A DNA stretch of 64,000 nucleotides from an uncultured Actinomycetota bacterium (GTDB lineage: Bacteria; Actinomycetota; Thermoleophilia; RBG-16-64-13), in contig CAVRJE010000016.1 in the NCBI GenBank assembly GCA_963721365.1, positions 6,701-70,700 of the forward strand, read 5' to 3'. The notes under the pieces are model-generated. The model did no database searches and had not been told where the DNA came from. It saw only the letters and a list, made by a program, of their open reading frames with translations. Numbering within the stretch: the stretch's first letter is position 1; each line of letters opens with the position of its first letter. Below are positions 1 through 10,747 of this stretch, in pieces. A program made the position numbers and the translations under genes.

Positions 1-916
1 GCGGGACCTCGGCTCGGCACAGCGGCTGGGCAAAAGTGCACCTCGGCCGGAAGGCGCAGCCCTCGGGCAGGCGGATGAGGCTGGGAGGCGATCCCTTGAT
101 GGGCACCAGCTTGCCCTTCTCCTCCGCGTCGTGCCTGGGATGGCTGTTCATGAGGCCCCAGGTGTACGGATGCAGCGGGTTATAGAAGACCTCGTCGGCA
201 GTCCCGACCTCCACGGCCTTGCCGCCGTACATCACGAGTATGCTGTTGGCCATGTCGGCGACGACACCCAGGTCGTGGGTGATCATGATGATCGCCGAGT
301 TGGTGCGGGCCTGAATGGCCTGCATGAGGTCGAGGATCTGTGCCTGGATGGTCACGTCGAGCGCGGTGGTCGGCTCGTCGGCGATGAGAAGGTCGGGACC
401 GCACGCCAGCGCCATGGCTATCATCGCCCGCTGACGCATGCCGCCCGAGAACTCATGCGGGTAGTCGCGCGCGCGCTCCTTCGCCCGGGGGATGCCGCAC
501 TGGGTGAGGAGTTCCACGGCCGCGTCGCTCGCGTCTCCTCTCGACATGCCCTTGTGCAGTCGAAGCGACTCCGCGATCTGTTCCCCGATGCGGTAGACCG
601 GGTTGAGGGCCGTCATGGGATCCTGGAAGATCATCGACATGCGGTTTCCGCGGAGGCTGCGGGCCTCCTTGTCGCCCATCGTGAGTAGGCTCTCGCCCTT
701 GAATCGGATGTCACCACTGATCACCTTGCCGGGCGGCTCCGGAATGAGCCGCATGATCGTGAGCGCAGTGACCGATTTCCCCGATCCGGACTCGCCGACG
801 ACTCCGAGAGTCTCACCGGCCTCGAGTTTGAAGGTGACTCCGTCCACGGCCTTCACGACACCGTCGCGGGTGAAGAAGTGCATGTGTAGATCGTCTACTT
901 CGAGCAGGGGCGCCAA
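1..916 (-). CDS. Oligopeptide/dipeptide ABC transporter ATP-binding protein (OppD/DppD-like); 3' end runs off the window
   Basis: Own translation of minus strand from TTG 914-916 (SD GAAGGAG upstream). Walker A GESGSGKS, signature FSGGMRQR, Walker [21 protein letters not shown]-terminal motif. Open to position 1, so absent from the ORF track. Confidence 0.85.
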   Translation of the reverse strand, partial: MAPLLEVDDLHMHFFTRDGVVKAVDGVTFKLEAGETLGVVGESGSGKSVTALTIMRLIPEPPGKVISGDIRFKGESLLTMGDKEARSLRGNRMSMIFQDPMTALNPVYRIGEQIAESLRLHKGMSRGDASDAAVELLTQCGIPRAKERARDYPHEFSGGMRQRAMIAMALACGPDLLIADEPTTALDVTIQAQILDLMQAIQARTNSAIIMITHDLGVVADMANSILVMYGGKAVEVGTADEVFYNPLHPYTWGLMNSHPRHDAEEKGKLVPIKGSPPSLIRLPEGCAFRPRCTFAQPLCRAEVP

Positions 917-919
917 CGA

Positions 920-1867
920 CTACTCCTTCATCTTCACGTCGAGGGCATCCCGCAAACCGTCGCCCAGCAGAACGAAGGCAAGCACCGTTGTGAGAATGGC
1001 GATCCCCGGGTAGAGCATGAGCCAGGGCGCCGTGGTCATGTAGCTGCGAGACTCAGACAGCATTCCGCCCCAGGAGGGTGTGGGCGGTTGGACCCCCATC
1101 CCAAGAAAGCTCAGCGCCGCCTCGGTGAGGATGGCGGCCCCGACGGCCATGGTGCCGTAGACAATGATGGGCGCCATGGAGTTAGGGCTGATGTGCCTGA
1201 ATATTATCCGTCTGTTCGACGCGCCCACGGCGCGGGCCGCGTCGACGTAGTCCGTCTCCTTTATCGTGAGGATCGAACTGCGGAAGACCCGGGCGATGGT
1301 GGGCCAGCCCAGGATACCGATGGCCAAAAAGACGTTCTGCAGCCCCTTGCCCAGCACCGCGATGAGGGCGACAGCGAATAGGACGTACGGAAAGGCGTAG
1401 AAGATGTCCGCCAAACGCATGATCCACGAGTCCCACACACCCCCGTAGTACGCCGCGATGGCTCCCAGGACCATTCCGACCGCGATCATGATGGCCACGG
1501 CAACAACGCCGACAAGCAGTGAGACCCTGGCGCCGTACACCACCCGGGAGGCGATGTCGCGTCCCAGCTTGTCGGTACCGAACGGATGATCCAGGGATGG
1601 TGGCTTCAGGGAAAGGGACGCGGCCTTGGTGGTATCGATGGCTATCGGGTCACCCAGGTACTTGGGAGCCCAGATGTCGGCGGTGGCGGCGACAAGGATC
1701 ACAAAGATGATCCAAATAAGGCCGGCGAGGGCCAGCCTGTTCTTGCGCAGACGCCGCCAAGCGTCGCCCTTCAGGGTTCGGCTGGGCGCCTGTACCTCAT
1801 CGTCCTCGTCCATGAGAGGAAGGGTCGGGGCCTCTACGCCCGGAGCTGTCTGGACGTCGTCGGTCAC
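920..1867 (-). CDS. Peptide ABC transporter permease (OppC/DppC-like)
   Basis: 315-aa ORF with multiple TM segments and a typical BPD-transporter permease core. Lies between the OppB-like and OppD-like genes. Confidence 0.9.
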   Translation of the reverse strand: MTDDVQTAPGVEAPTLPLMDEDDEVQAPSRTLKGDAWRRLRKNRLALAGLIWIIFVILVAATADIWAPKYLGDPIAIDTTKAASLSLKPPSLDHPFGTDKLGRDIASRVVYGARVSLLVGVVAVAIMIAVGMVLGAIAAYYGGVWDSWIMRLADIFYAFPYVLFAVALIAVLGKGLQNVFLAIGILGWPTIARVFRSSILTIKETDYVDAARAVGASNRRIIFRHISPNSMAPIIVYGTMAVGAAILTEAALSFLGMGVQPPTPSWGGMLSESRSYMTTAPWLMLYPGIAILTTVLAFVLLGDGLRDALDVKMKE

Positions 1868-1870
1868 GTC

Positions 1871-2843
1871 CTACCCCTCGGCTGCCTTGCCGTAACGGAT
1901 GCGCGGGTCGAGAAACGCGTAGCTGATGTCGACCACGAGGTTGATGAACATGACCATGAAGACGATGAGGACTACCCCACCGGTGACGATCGGCCAGTCA
2001 CGTAGCTGGATGGCGTTGAATATCTGTAGCCCTACCCCCGGCCAGTTGAAGACTGTCTCGGTCAGGATGGTCCCGCCCACCATGGCGGCCAGATCCAGGC
2101 CCAGAAAAGTGACCACGGGGATCATCGCGTTCTTGAGCCCGTGCTTCCAGATGAGCGAGCGGCCGGAAAGGCCTTTGGCTTTGGCGGTCCGCATGTATTC
2201 CTGGCCGTTGACCTCGAGCAACTGACTCCGGGTGATACGCGCCGTGTACGCGGTGGACACCGCGGCAAGCGTGAACGCCGGCAAGATGAAGTAGACGAAG
2301 GAGGGGAACTCCCCGCTCATCCCCGACATGGGCAGGTACGGGAGACCCCATTCCTTGAACTTGAGCCCAAACATCACCTGCAGGAGCATCCCCAGCCAGA
2401 AGACCGGTATCGCGACCAGTATCGACGTGCTGAGCGTGACCGTGATGTCCCAGAATGAGTACTGCTTTACTGCGGAGAGTATGCCCGCGCTGATGCCGAT
2501 GATCGCCTCGATGAGCAGCGCCAACGCCGCCAGCTTGAGAGTGTTCGGTATCTTCTCGAACAGGATGTCCGATACCGGGCGCTTAAGCTGGTACGAGTTT
2601 CCCAGGTCGCCCTGCACGAGGTTGGTGAGGTATCTTCCAGTACTGGACGTAGATGGGCTTGTCCAGCGCGTTCTCCTGGATGACCTGCTGGCGCACGGCC
2701 GGCGACACGGACCTCTCGCCCACGAGCATCCGGATCGGGTCGCCCGGCACGATGGCCGGCGAGCGAAGGATGAAGAGGATGACGGTGACCCCTATGAAGA
2801 CTGGGATCATCTGCAAGAAACGCCTGCCGATATACGCTAACAA
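1871..2843 (-). pseudogene. Peptide ABC transporter permease (OppB/DppB-like), frame broken as assembled
   Basis: The N-terminal ORF 2583-2843 (MLAYIGRRFLQMIPVF...KPIYVQYW) continues as QGDLGNSYQLKRPV in ORF 1871-2617. The frame offset equals a +1 base near 2631 (aagAtacctc). Confidence 0.8.
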
Positions 2844-2963
2844 CGCCTACCGCGACTCCACTGGGGATTGTCAATAGTGAGGCGGCGGGGTGCCCGGCCG
2901 GGCATCCCGCCGCTCGCAGATGATACTACACCTGGCTCAGCTTACTGCTGTAACCGCCTCGGG

Positions 2964-4695
2964 TTACTTCGCCGCAGCCAGCCAGCAGGAAACGAAGTCG
3001 CTCAGGCCCAGCGGGCTGTACGTGAAGTTGTGCAGCCGCTCGGAGCCTACGCGCCGGTGAGCATAGAACGTGATCGGAACGACCGGGCAATCTTCGCCGA
3101 TGGTCGCGACGACCGCTTCGTAGGCCTTCGTACGCGCAGCCGCGTCGGTCATCTGGCGCGCCGCGTAGATGGCGTCGTCGACAGCGGTGTTCTTATAGCG
3201 CGCGTAGTTGTCGGCCGAGGTGCTGATCAGGTTCGACGCGAGGAAGTTGTCGATGATCGGATAGTCGGCGATCCAGCCGCTGCGGCCGATCTGATACTGC
3301 CCGTTCTGCGCCTTGTCCCAATAGGTCGGAGCGTCACTGGTGTCGAACTCCGCGGTGATGCCGATGGCTTTGAGGTCGGCCTGGACGAGAGCCATGACGT
3401 CCTCATGACCGGCGCCGGAGTTGAAGGACAGCTTGATGGTCGGGAAGCCCGTGCCGTCCGGATAGCCGGCCTTCGCCAGCATCTCTTTAGCCGCGTCACG
3501 TCGTACTTGCTGTACGGCCAGGCGCCCGGCACGTACCCGACGATGCCCGGCGGGATGAAGCTGTCGGCCGGTTTGCGGACGCCCTCATAGGCGACGTCGC
3601 AGATGGCCTGACGGTTGATGGCCAGCGAGAAGGCCTTGCGCACATCGGGATTCTTGAACAACGGATCCTCGTTGTTCAGAAGGAGGTAGTAGATGGCCGT
3701 CTCTGCACCCACCAGGACCTGTTTGCCGGGGTCGGAGGTGTAGCCGTTGCCAGACTCGCCGTACTTGCTCTTGGCGGCCTGGACGTTGCCCGAGGAGATC
3801 TGGGTGAAGTCCACGTTGCCGGCCTGGAACTCCAAGTACGCCGTCTCGATGTCCTTGAAGATCTTGAACTCGATGCCGTCGACGTGCGGCTTCGTGCCCG
3901 GGTAGTCCGGGTTCTTGACCACTTTGACGTACTGGTCGGCGACCCACGGCTCGTTCATCATGAAGGGACCGTTACCGACGGGCTTGAGGGCGAAGGCGGC
4001 CGGGTCTTTGTCCACTTCCTCTTTCGGGATGGGGCAGAGTGACGGATGACCGACTACGTACTCGAATTCGCCGAAGGGGTACTTCAGCGTGACTTCAAGA
4101 GTCTTGTCGTCGATGGCTTTGACACCGCTCAGTTCGGTGGCGGTGCCGGCCTGCATCTCGTCATAGCCCTTGACAACGCTGAGGTGGTAGGAGATACCAG
4201 ACTCGTTGACGGGATTGCAGATGCGTTCCCAGGCATACTTGAAGTCGGCTGCCGTCACGGCGCGGCCGTTGTGGAACTTCGAATCGCCAAGCTTGAAGGT
4301 CCACACCGACGCGTCGGCATTCGCGGACCACTCAGTGGCCACGTCGGGCTTGAGCTCGCTGGTGAGAAGTCGAACTGCACCAGGCTGTCGAACATCGCCT
4401 GGACGACCTCGACGCCCTCCGACTCGAAGGCCTGAGTCGGCTCGATGAACGACGGGTTGCCGATCTCATAGACCAGCGTGCCGCCATCGACGGGCTGATC
4501 GGCCGCGGGCGCGGTCGTCGTGGTCTCCGCCGGCGCGGCCGTGGTGGTCGGGCCGGCCGCGGTAGTGGTCGGGCCGCTCGGGGCGGCAGTAGTAGTAGTG
4601 GTCTCCTCGCTGGAGCCGCACGCGATGGCCAAACCGGCGACCACCACAAGAACGGCTACGAGAGCAAGAACGAGCCACATGTTCTTCTTGTGCAT
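2964..4695 (-). pseudogene. Peptide ABC transporter substrate-binding lipoprotein (family 5 SBP), two frame breaks as assembled
   Basis: Start MHKKNMW at 4695 with SD AAGGAGGG. Lipobox LAIACGSS followed by a Thr/Ala/Pro linker. Three ORF pieces (4255-4725, 3227-4342, 2964-3482) join into one SBP. The breaks are near 4365 and 3490, each consistent with a missing base. Confidence 0.8.
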
Positions 4696-4805
4696 TATAT
4701 TGTTCCCTCCTTGACTTCTAGACACCCCACGCCACTGTTCCTTATTCGACTCTCACCACCTCCCCCGCACTCGCGTGCAGTTCTCGACTCCGTGGTAGTC
4801 AGCCC

Positions 4806-5024
4806 TCACACGATAAAAGCGAGAGCGATCGAGACAATGAAGAAGCCGACCGAGGCGCCAACCGTGAGCCGGTCGAGGTTCTTCTGAACCACGCCGCTTC
4901 CGCCGAATGCGCCCGAACCGCCGAAAGTAGTAGAGAGACCGGCGTCTTTGCCCGAATGAAGGAAGACCAAGAGCAATACCCCTAAGCCAAGGATCGTGTC
5001 CAGCGCCACCAGAACGTATAACAC
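4806..5024 (-). CDS. secG: Preprotein translocase subunit SecG
   Basis: 72 aa with two TM helices and a Gly-rich loop (TFGGSGAFGGSG). Conserved position after tpiA/gpmI. Confidence 0.85.
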   Translation of the reverse strand: MLYVLVALDTILGLGVLLLVFLHSGKDAGLSTTFGGSGAFGGSGVVQKNLDRLTVGASVGFFIVSIALAFIV

Positions 5025-5163
5025 CGCTTTCCTCTCTCTCGAATGCGCGGCCTTGCCATGGGCCGCCCGAAGTCCTGCGACATTTTACTGCAAATTAGCA
5101 CCTTAGGGGCAGCCCTGCATACGAAACTCGCATACTCATCTGTGCCGGCCCGGCTTCGCGCTA

Positions 5164-6696
5164 CTAGCAGAGGGGCGTTCCGGTCATCTCCGCCGGGATC
5201 GGCAGACCCAGGAAACAAAGCACGGTGGGCGCGATATCTGCAAGTCCGGCGCCTTCCCGGAGCTTGATACCCTCGTCGAGCACGATGAGGGGTACCCGGT
5301 CGGTGCTGTGGGCCGTGTCGACGCTCCCATCCGGCTGCAGCATCGCCTCGGCGTTGCCGTGGTCGGCGGTGACCATGATCTTCGCCCCGGCCGCGCCCAG
5401 GATCTCGATCGCCCGGCCAAGGCAGCGGTCCACATGTTCGAGCGCGGAGATCGTGGCCTGGATATCGCCCGTGTGGCCCACCATGTCGGGATTGGCGAAG
5501 TTGAGGACCACGAAGTCGACCGGCTCTTCGGTGATGGTCTTCTCCAGGCAGTCGACCACCTCGTAGGCGCTCATCTGCGGCTTCTGGTCGTAGGTGCTGA
5601 CGTCTTTGGGCGAGGGCACCAGGCACCTCCTCTCGCCCGCGAACGGCGCTTCCCGTCCTCCGTTGAAGAAGAAAGTCACGTGCGCGTACTTCTCCGTCTC
5701 GGCGATATGCAGCTGGGTCAGGCCGGCCTCGCTGATCACTTCGGCAAGGACGTGCCGGGGCTCCTCCTTGGGAAACGCCACCTCCAGGCCCAGCCGGGGG
5801 TCGTACTCGGTCATGCCGACCAGATCCACGAGCGGTGCCGCTTCCCCCCGGTCGAAGCCTTTGAAATCGGCCTGCGTGAGGGCGGCGCATATCTCCCGGG
5901 CCCTGTCGGGGCGGAAATTGAAGAAGACCACCCCGTCGCCCGCCTTGACCCGCGAAGCGGGGTCGGCCGAGACCGCAGTCGGCAGAACGAACTCGTCCGT
6001 CTCCCCCCGGTCGTACGATTCCCGGACTGCAGCGGCTGCGGACGACGCCACGAGCCCGTCGCCATATACCAGCGCGTCGTACGCGAGCTTCACCCGCTCC
6101 CAACGCTTGTCCCGGTCCATGGCGTAGTACCGGCCGGCTACCGTGGCGATCGTCCCCCGGCCCTCGCCCGCCAGGAACTCTTCCACCTCGTTCACATACT
6201 CGATGCCGGCCGTGGGAGACGTGTCCCGGCCGTCCATGAACGCGTGGATGTATACCCGCTCCATGCCCTGCCGGCCGGCCAGTTGGACAAGCGCTTTGAG
6301 ATGCCCGAGCGCCGAATGCACCCCGGCGTCGGAAAACAGGCCCATCAGATGGAGCGATCCCCCGCGTTCCAGCGTGCGGCCGATGACTCCCACCAGGGTG
6401 GGGTTGGAGAAGAAAGTACCGTCGGCGACGGCCCGGTTTATGCGGGAGAGGTCCTGGTAGATGACGCGCCCCGCGCCGATGGTCAGATGGCCTACTTCGG
6501 AGTTGCCCATGACGCCGGCGGGCAGGCCGACGGCCTCACCGCTCGCCTCCAGCAACACGTGCGGGTATCTCGCCCACAAGGCGTCCCACACCGGGGTCCG
6601 CGCCAGCGAGATCGCGTTGCCGGGCCCCGCCGGAGCGCACCCCCAGCCATCGAGTATCACGAGCGCCGCTCGCCGCCGGCCGCCGCCGGTCTTCAT
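5164..6696 (-). CDS. gpmI: 2,3-bisphosphoglycerate-independent phosphoglycerate mutase
   Basis: 510-aa intact ORF with iPGM motifs (LDGWG, MGNSEVGHLTIGAGR, ADHGNAE). Confidence 0.95.
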   Translation of the reverse strand: MKTGGGRRRAALVILDGWGCAPAGPGNAISLARTPVWDALWARYPHVLLEASGEAVGLPAGVMGNSEVGHLTIGAGRVIYQDLSRINRAVADGTFFSNPTLVGVIGRTLERGGSLHLMGLFSDAGVHSALGHLKALVQLAGRQGMERVYIHAFMDGRDTSPTAGIEYVNEVEEFLAGEGRGTIATVAGRYYAMDRDKRWERVKLAYDALVYGDGLVASSAAAAVRESYDRGETDEFVLPTAVSADPASRVKAGDGVVFFNFRPDRAREICAALTQADFKGFDRGEAAPLVDLVGMTEYDPRLGLEVAFPKEEPRHVLAEVISEAGLTQLHIAETEKYAHVTFFFNGGREAPFAGERRCLVPSPKDVSTYDQKPQMSAYEVVDCLEKTITEEPVDFVVLNFANPDMVGHTGDIQATISALEHVDRCLGRAIEILGAAGAKIMVTADHGNAEAMLQPDGSVDTAHSTDRVPLIVLDEGIKLREGAGLADIAPTVLCFLGLPIPAEMTGTPLC

Positions 6697-7487
6697 GCGT
6701 GCTGGGGAGCCGCGAACCGGACGATGCGCGCGAAGGAATCCACCTTGAGGCTCGCTCCGCCCACGAGCACGCCGTCGATATCGGGCTGGGCCATAAGTTC
6801 ATCGATGTTGTCCGGCCTCACGCTGCCGCCGTAGAGGATCCGAACGGCTTCGGCCGCGTCCGTCCCGGCCGCTTCGGCAAGCCTCCGGCGGATGAAGCCG
6901 ACCGCTTCCTGAGCGATCTCCGCAGTGGCGGTCTTACCCGTCCCGATGGCCCAGATGGGCTCGTAGGCTATCGCCACCCGCTCGGCGTCCTCCAACTGGA
7001 GGAGCACCAGCCCGGTGGCGAGCTGCCGCGAAAGGACTTCCTCGGTCTCGCCTTGCTCCCGCTCGGCCTCGGTCTCGCCCACGCACATGATGGGAAGCAG
7101 GCCATGATCGAGGGCGGCGTGCACCTTCTTCTGGACGTTCGCGTCGGTCTCGCCGAAGTACTGGCGCCTCTCGGAATGCCCGATGATGACCGCGCCCACG
7201 CCGAGAGCGGCCAGCATGGGCGGCGAGATCTCCCCGGTGAACGCCCCCTCTTCCTCCCAGAAGACGTCCTGCGCCGCGATCTTGATCTTGCTCGACGAGG
7301 CGGCGCGAACAGCGTCCGCGAGCCCTGTGAAGGGCGGGGCGACGACGATCTCCCGATCGTCCAGATCTTCCACGTGGGGGGCCAGTTCGGTCACGAAGGC
7401 CGCGCCTTCCGCGCCGGTCTTGAACATCTTCCAGTTTCCCGCTATCAGCGGGACACGCAGGCGAGCGGGGCGGGGCTCGACGATCAT
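6693..7487 (-). CDS. tpiA: Triosephosphate isomerase
   Basis: ORF 6693-7556. The likely start is MIVEPRP at 7487, just after the pgk stop. Motifs IAGNWKM, IIGHSERR, AYEPIWAIGTG. Confidence 0.9.
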   Translation of the reverse strand: MIVEPRPARLRVPLIAGNWKMFKTGAEGAAFVTELAPHVEDLDDREIVVAPPFTGLADAVRAASSSKIKIAAQDVFWEEEGAFTGEISPPMLAALGVGAVIIGHSERRQYFGETDANVQKKVHAALDHGLLPIMCVGETEAEREQGETEEVLSRQLATGLVLLQLEDAERVAIAYEPIWAIGTGKTATAEIAQEAVGFIRRRLAEAAGTDAAEAVRILYGGSVRPDNIDELMAQPDIDGVLVGGASLKVDSFARIVRFAAPQHA

Positions 7488-7491
7488 CGGA

Positions 7492-8679
7492 TCACTTCTC
7501 GGCCAGAGTAGCCACGCCGGGAAGCTCCGCCCCTTCGATGAACTCCAGAGACGCACCGCCGCCCATCGACACGTGATCGATCTTGTGCGCCAGCTTGAAC
7601 ATGTTAAGGGCCGCGACGGAGTCTCCGCCGCCCGCGACGGTGACTCCCCGGCACTGGGCCATGGCCTCGGCCACCGCTTGCGTCCCGGCGGCGAACGGCG
7701 CTATCTCGAACACCCCCATGGGCCCATTCCAGAACACCGTTCCCGCTTCCGCGATCAGCGCCCGATACTTCGTGGCGGTAGCCGGGCCGATGTCGACCGC
7801 CATCCACTGCTCGGGGATGGCCTCGACGGCGACCGTCATCATCACTGCCCCCTCTTCGAGCCCTTCCGCGACCAGCACGTCGCCGGGCAGGACCAGGTCG
7901 CAGCGGCTCGTGGCGGCTTTTCGCAGCGCCTCGGCCGCCAGGGCCAGGCCCTCCTCTTCGACCTTGCTCGCTCCCACCGACAGTCCCTGGGCCTTCAAGA
8001 AGGTCAGACTCATCGCACCCCCAATGAGCAGGCGATCGGCCAGATCGAGGAAGCGGTCGATCACCTTGATCTTGTCGGTGACCTTCGCGCCCCCAAGGAC
8101 CACCACGAACGGCCGCTTCGGCTCCGCCAGGAGCCCCTCCAGCGCCGTCACCTCCTTCTCCATCTGCAGCCCGGCCACGGCGGGAAGCACGGTCGCCAGC
8201 CCGGCCGTGGTCGCGTGAGCCCGATGAGCAGCGCTGAAAGCGTCGTTGACGTACACGTCGCCCAGACGGGCCAACTCCCTCACCAGTTCGGGATCGTTCT
8301 TCTTCTCGCGGGGGTCGAAGCGGGAGTTCTCGAGCAGGAGGACATCACCCGGCTGCATCACGGCCACCGCGGCCTCCACCCCGGGGCCCGACAACTCGTC
8401 CACCTTGCGCACCGGGGCCCGAAGGAGCTGGCCCAGGCGCATCGCCACGGGGTCGAGCCTCAGGCCCGGCTCCGGAGCGTCCTTGGGCCGGCCGAGATGC
8501 GACATGAGGATGACACGGCAATTCTGCTCGCGCAGATACTCGATCGTGGGGAGCGCCGCGCGGATGCGGCTGTCGTCGGACACCCGCCCATCCTTGAGGG
8601 GCACGTTGAAGTCGACCCGGACGAGGACCCGCTTGTTGGCCAGGTCGATATCGCGCACCGTCTTCTTCGTCATGCTCAC
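7492..8679 (-). CDS. pgk: Phosphoglycerate kinase
   Basis: 395-aa intact ORF with typical PGK N- and C-domains (RVDFNVP, GGGDS). Confidence 0.95.
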   Translation of the reverse strand: MSMTKKTVRDIDLANKRVLVRVDFNVPLKDGRVSDDSRIRAALPTIEYLREQNCRVILMSHLGRPKDAPEPGLRLDPVAMRLGQLLRAPVRKVDELSGPGVEAAVAVMQPGDVLLLENSRFDPREKKNDPELVRELARLGDVYVNDAFSAAHRAHATTAGLATVLPAVAGLQMEKEVTALEGLLAEPKRPFVVVLGGAKVTDKIKVIDRFLDLADRLLIGGAMSLTFLKAQGLSVGASKVEEEGLALAAEALRKAATSRCDLVLPGDVLVAEGLEEGAVMMTVAVEAIPEQWMAVDIGPATATKYRALIAEAGTVFWNGPMGVFEIAPFAAGTQAVAEAMAQCRGVTVAGGGDSVAALNMFKLAHKIDHVSMGGGASLEFIEGAELPGVATLAEK

Positions 8680-8705
8680 ACCTTTCCTTATGAGCCGGCT
8701 TCAGG

Positions 8706-9701
8706 CTAGGAGAGCCGGCTGCAAAGATCCACCATCCGGTTGGAGAAGCCCCACTCGTTGTCGTACCACACGACGACCTTCGCCTGCCGGCCCATCACCA
8801 TGGTCAGGGCGGAATCGAACACGGCCGAGTGAGCGTTGCCGACGACGTCGCACCCGACGATCGGCTCCTCGGTGTATTCGAGGATCCCGGCAAGCGGGCC
8901 CTGGGCCGCTTCTCTCATGGCCGCGTTGATCTCGTCGACGCTCGCCTCCCGCTCGAGCGTCACGCTCAGGTCGACGACGGAGCCGTCCGGCACGGGAACG
9001 CGCAGGGCATACCCGTCGAGTTTGCCCTTGAGCTCGGGGATGACCAGACCGATGGCGCGGGCCGCGCCGGTGGACGTGGGAATCACGGAGAGCGCCGCCG
9101 CCCGGGCGCGGCGCAGGTCTTTGTGGGGCAGGTCCAGGATCCGCTGGTCGTTCGTGTACGCATGCACGGTAGTCATGAATCCCTGCTCGATGCCGAAGGA
9201 ATCGACCAGGACTTTCGCCACCGGGGCCAGGCAGTTGGTGGTGCAGGAGGCGTTGGAGATGATGTGGTGCCGCGACGGGTCGTAGTCGGCGTCGTTGACG
9301 CCCATGACAACGGTGATATCCGGGTCCTTGGCCGGAGCGCTGATGACCACCTTCTTAGCGCCCTGGTCGAGATGCAGGGCCGCTTTTGCCCTATCGGTGT
9401 AGAGGCCGGTAGACTCGACGACGACGTCTATACCCAACTCCCGCCAGGGCAGAAGGGCGATGTCGGTCACGGAGAGGACTCGTATGGTCTTGCCCTCGAA
9501 GATAAGGCTATCCTCGGTATGCGATATCTCGCCCGGCCAGATCCCGTGGATGCTGTCGTACTTGAGAAGATGGGCGAGCGTGGCCGCGTCGGTGAGGTCG
9601 TTGACGGCCACTACATCGAGGTCGGCCCCCTGCTTGGCGATAGCGCGCAGGATCAGTCTGCCTATCCGGCCGAAACCGTTGATGGCGATCTTGGTGCTCA
9701 T
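8706..9701 (-). CDS. gap: Type I glyceraldehyde-3-phosphate dehydrogenase
   Basis: 331 aa with INGFGRIGR Rossmann motif and active-site SNASCTTNC. Confidence 0.95.
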   Translation of the reverse strand: MSTKIAINGFGRIGRLILRAIAKQGADLDVVAVNDLTDAATLAHLLKYDSIHGIWPGEISHTEDSLIFEGKTIRVLSVTDIALLPWRELGIDVVVESTGLYTDRAKAALHLDQGAKKVVISAPAKDPDITVVMGVNDADYDPSRHHIISNASCTTNCLAPVAKVLVDSFGIEQGFMTTVHAYTNDQRILDLPHKDLRRARAAALSVIPTSTGAARAIGLVIPELKGKLDGYALRVPVPDGSVVDLSVTLEREASVDEINAAMREAAQGPLAGILEYTEEPIVGCDVVGNAHSAVFDSALTMVMGRQAKVVVWYDNEWGFSNRMVDLCSRLS

Positions 9702-9752
9702 CGACTAACGCTCCTCCTGGGGCTGCTGTCCCCGGTCACGTGATGGGCGGCA

Positions 9753-10746
9753 TCATTTCTTCTGCTGGCGCGACGGCATACTAGCATAAGCCCCCTTCGG
9801 CCCCTTCCGTTCCGCGGCTTCCACCAGGCGGCGAAGACGGTGGTTGACGGCCGAGCGGGTCAGCCCTTCTCCGCCGGCCTCCGCCAACTCGGAGAGGTTG
9901 AGGTACGGGTAGCGCAGACGCAGATCGGCCGCCTCCTTCAGCGCGAAGGGAAGCGTTCCCAGACGGCCCGAACGCTGCAGGATGGCGATGGCTTCGAGCT
10001 GCCGCGACGCGGCGGCGCTCGTGCGCCGGAGGTTGGCCGAGTCGCAGTTGGCCAGGCGGTTGGCGCGCGAGCGCACCTCTCTCACGACCGATTGTTCCTC
10101 CACCTGGAGGGCGGCCTCGTGGGCCCCGGCCAGCGCCAGCAGGCCGGCGACCTCGTCCCGTCCCTTTCAGATAGACCACGTAGCTGCCCCGGCGGTACCG
10201 CATGCCCGGGTGGAACTCCAGGGTGTCCAGCAGGTGGACCAGGTCTTCGGCGAAGGTCTCGTGCGGTGTGAGGATCTCGAGATGAGCCTCTCGTTGAGGG
10301 GCGTTGGCAGTACCTGCGCCGATGAGACACCCGCGTAGGAAGGCGCTCCGGCAGCAGCTCTTCTTCATCAACCTGCGGGAGATGCCGGGCTGCAACTCGA
10401 ACGTATCGCTGAGCACCCCCATCTCGTTCAGGGCCTGCAGGGCCGGGGGCGTCCCCTTCAGGTGCACCTCGTACACCAGCCGGTGCTGGAAGCGCTGCTC
10501 CCGCCTCGTGAGCAACTCCCCCTCCGCCCCGTAGCCCTTGAACACCGAGTAGGCCAGTTTGGCCCCGGACTGAGTGGTCATCGCGATCCGGATCTCGTAG
10601 CGCTCGCTTTCGATGGACCCCCCGCGAATGAGGAAGCTGCCGGCGGTATGCACCAACCCGGCGACAGCGGCAAGACGGCAACACGACTGCCTCTCCTCCA
10701 CCCGGGCCAGCTCTTCCCGAAAGGCGCGTGTGAAGCCGGGCCCCAA
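9753..10746 (-). pseudogene. whiA: Sporulation/cell-division regulator WhiA, frame broken as assembled
   Basis: TTG start at 10744-10746 with SD GGGAGGGG inside the rapZ end. The LAGLIDADG-like N-domain sits in ORF 9781-10899 and the HTH C-domain in ORF 9753-10103. A +1 base near 10160-10165 separates them (YVVYLKG / RDEVAGLL). Confidence 0.85.
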
Positions 10747-10747
10747 G

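Noticed and set aside
4466-4650. Repetitive GGT/GGC/AGT-rich stretch on the plus strand that looks like a tandem repeat.
   Set aside because: On the coding (minus) strand it encodes the Thr/Ala/Pro-rich linker (TTTTTAAPSGPTTTAAGPTTTAAPAETTTTAPA) that follows the lipobox of the substrate-binding lipoprotein. It is low-complexity coding sequence, not a repeat element.
4765-4774. Recurrence of GCGAGTGCG(G/A) in four intergenic regions: 4765-4774 and 20102-20111 on the minus strand, 54479-54488 and 58352-58361 on the plus strand.
   Set aside because: A 9-10-mer is expected to recur by chance several times in this much GC-rich sequence. Only the 15-nt pair with similar flanks is reported as a finding.
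5308-6834. Very long plus-strand ORFs lying antisense to clear minus-strand genes. Examples: 5308-6834, 7183-8709, 10613-11815, 30724-32784, 35111-36829, 37501-39141, 52522-54147 and 61446-63440. The same applies to minus-strand ones opposite plus-strand genes.
   Set aside because: These are typical high-GC shadow ORFs. Their translations are Arg/Pro/Gly/Ala-rich with no motifs, and each fully overlaps a gene with unmistakable conserved motifs on the other strand.
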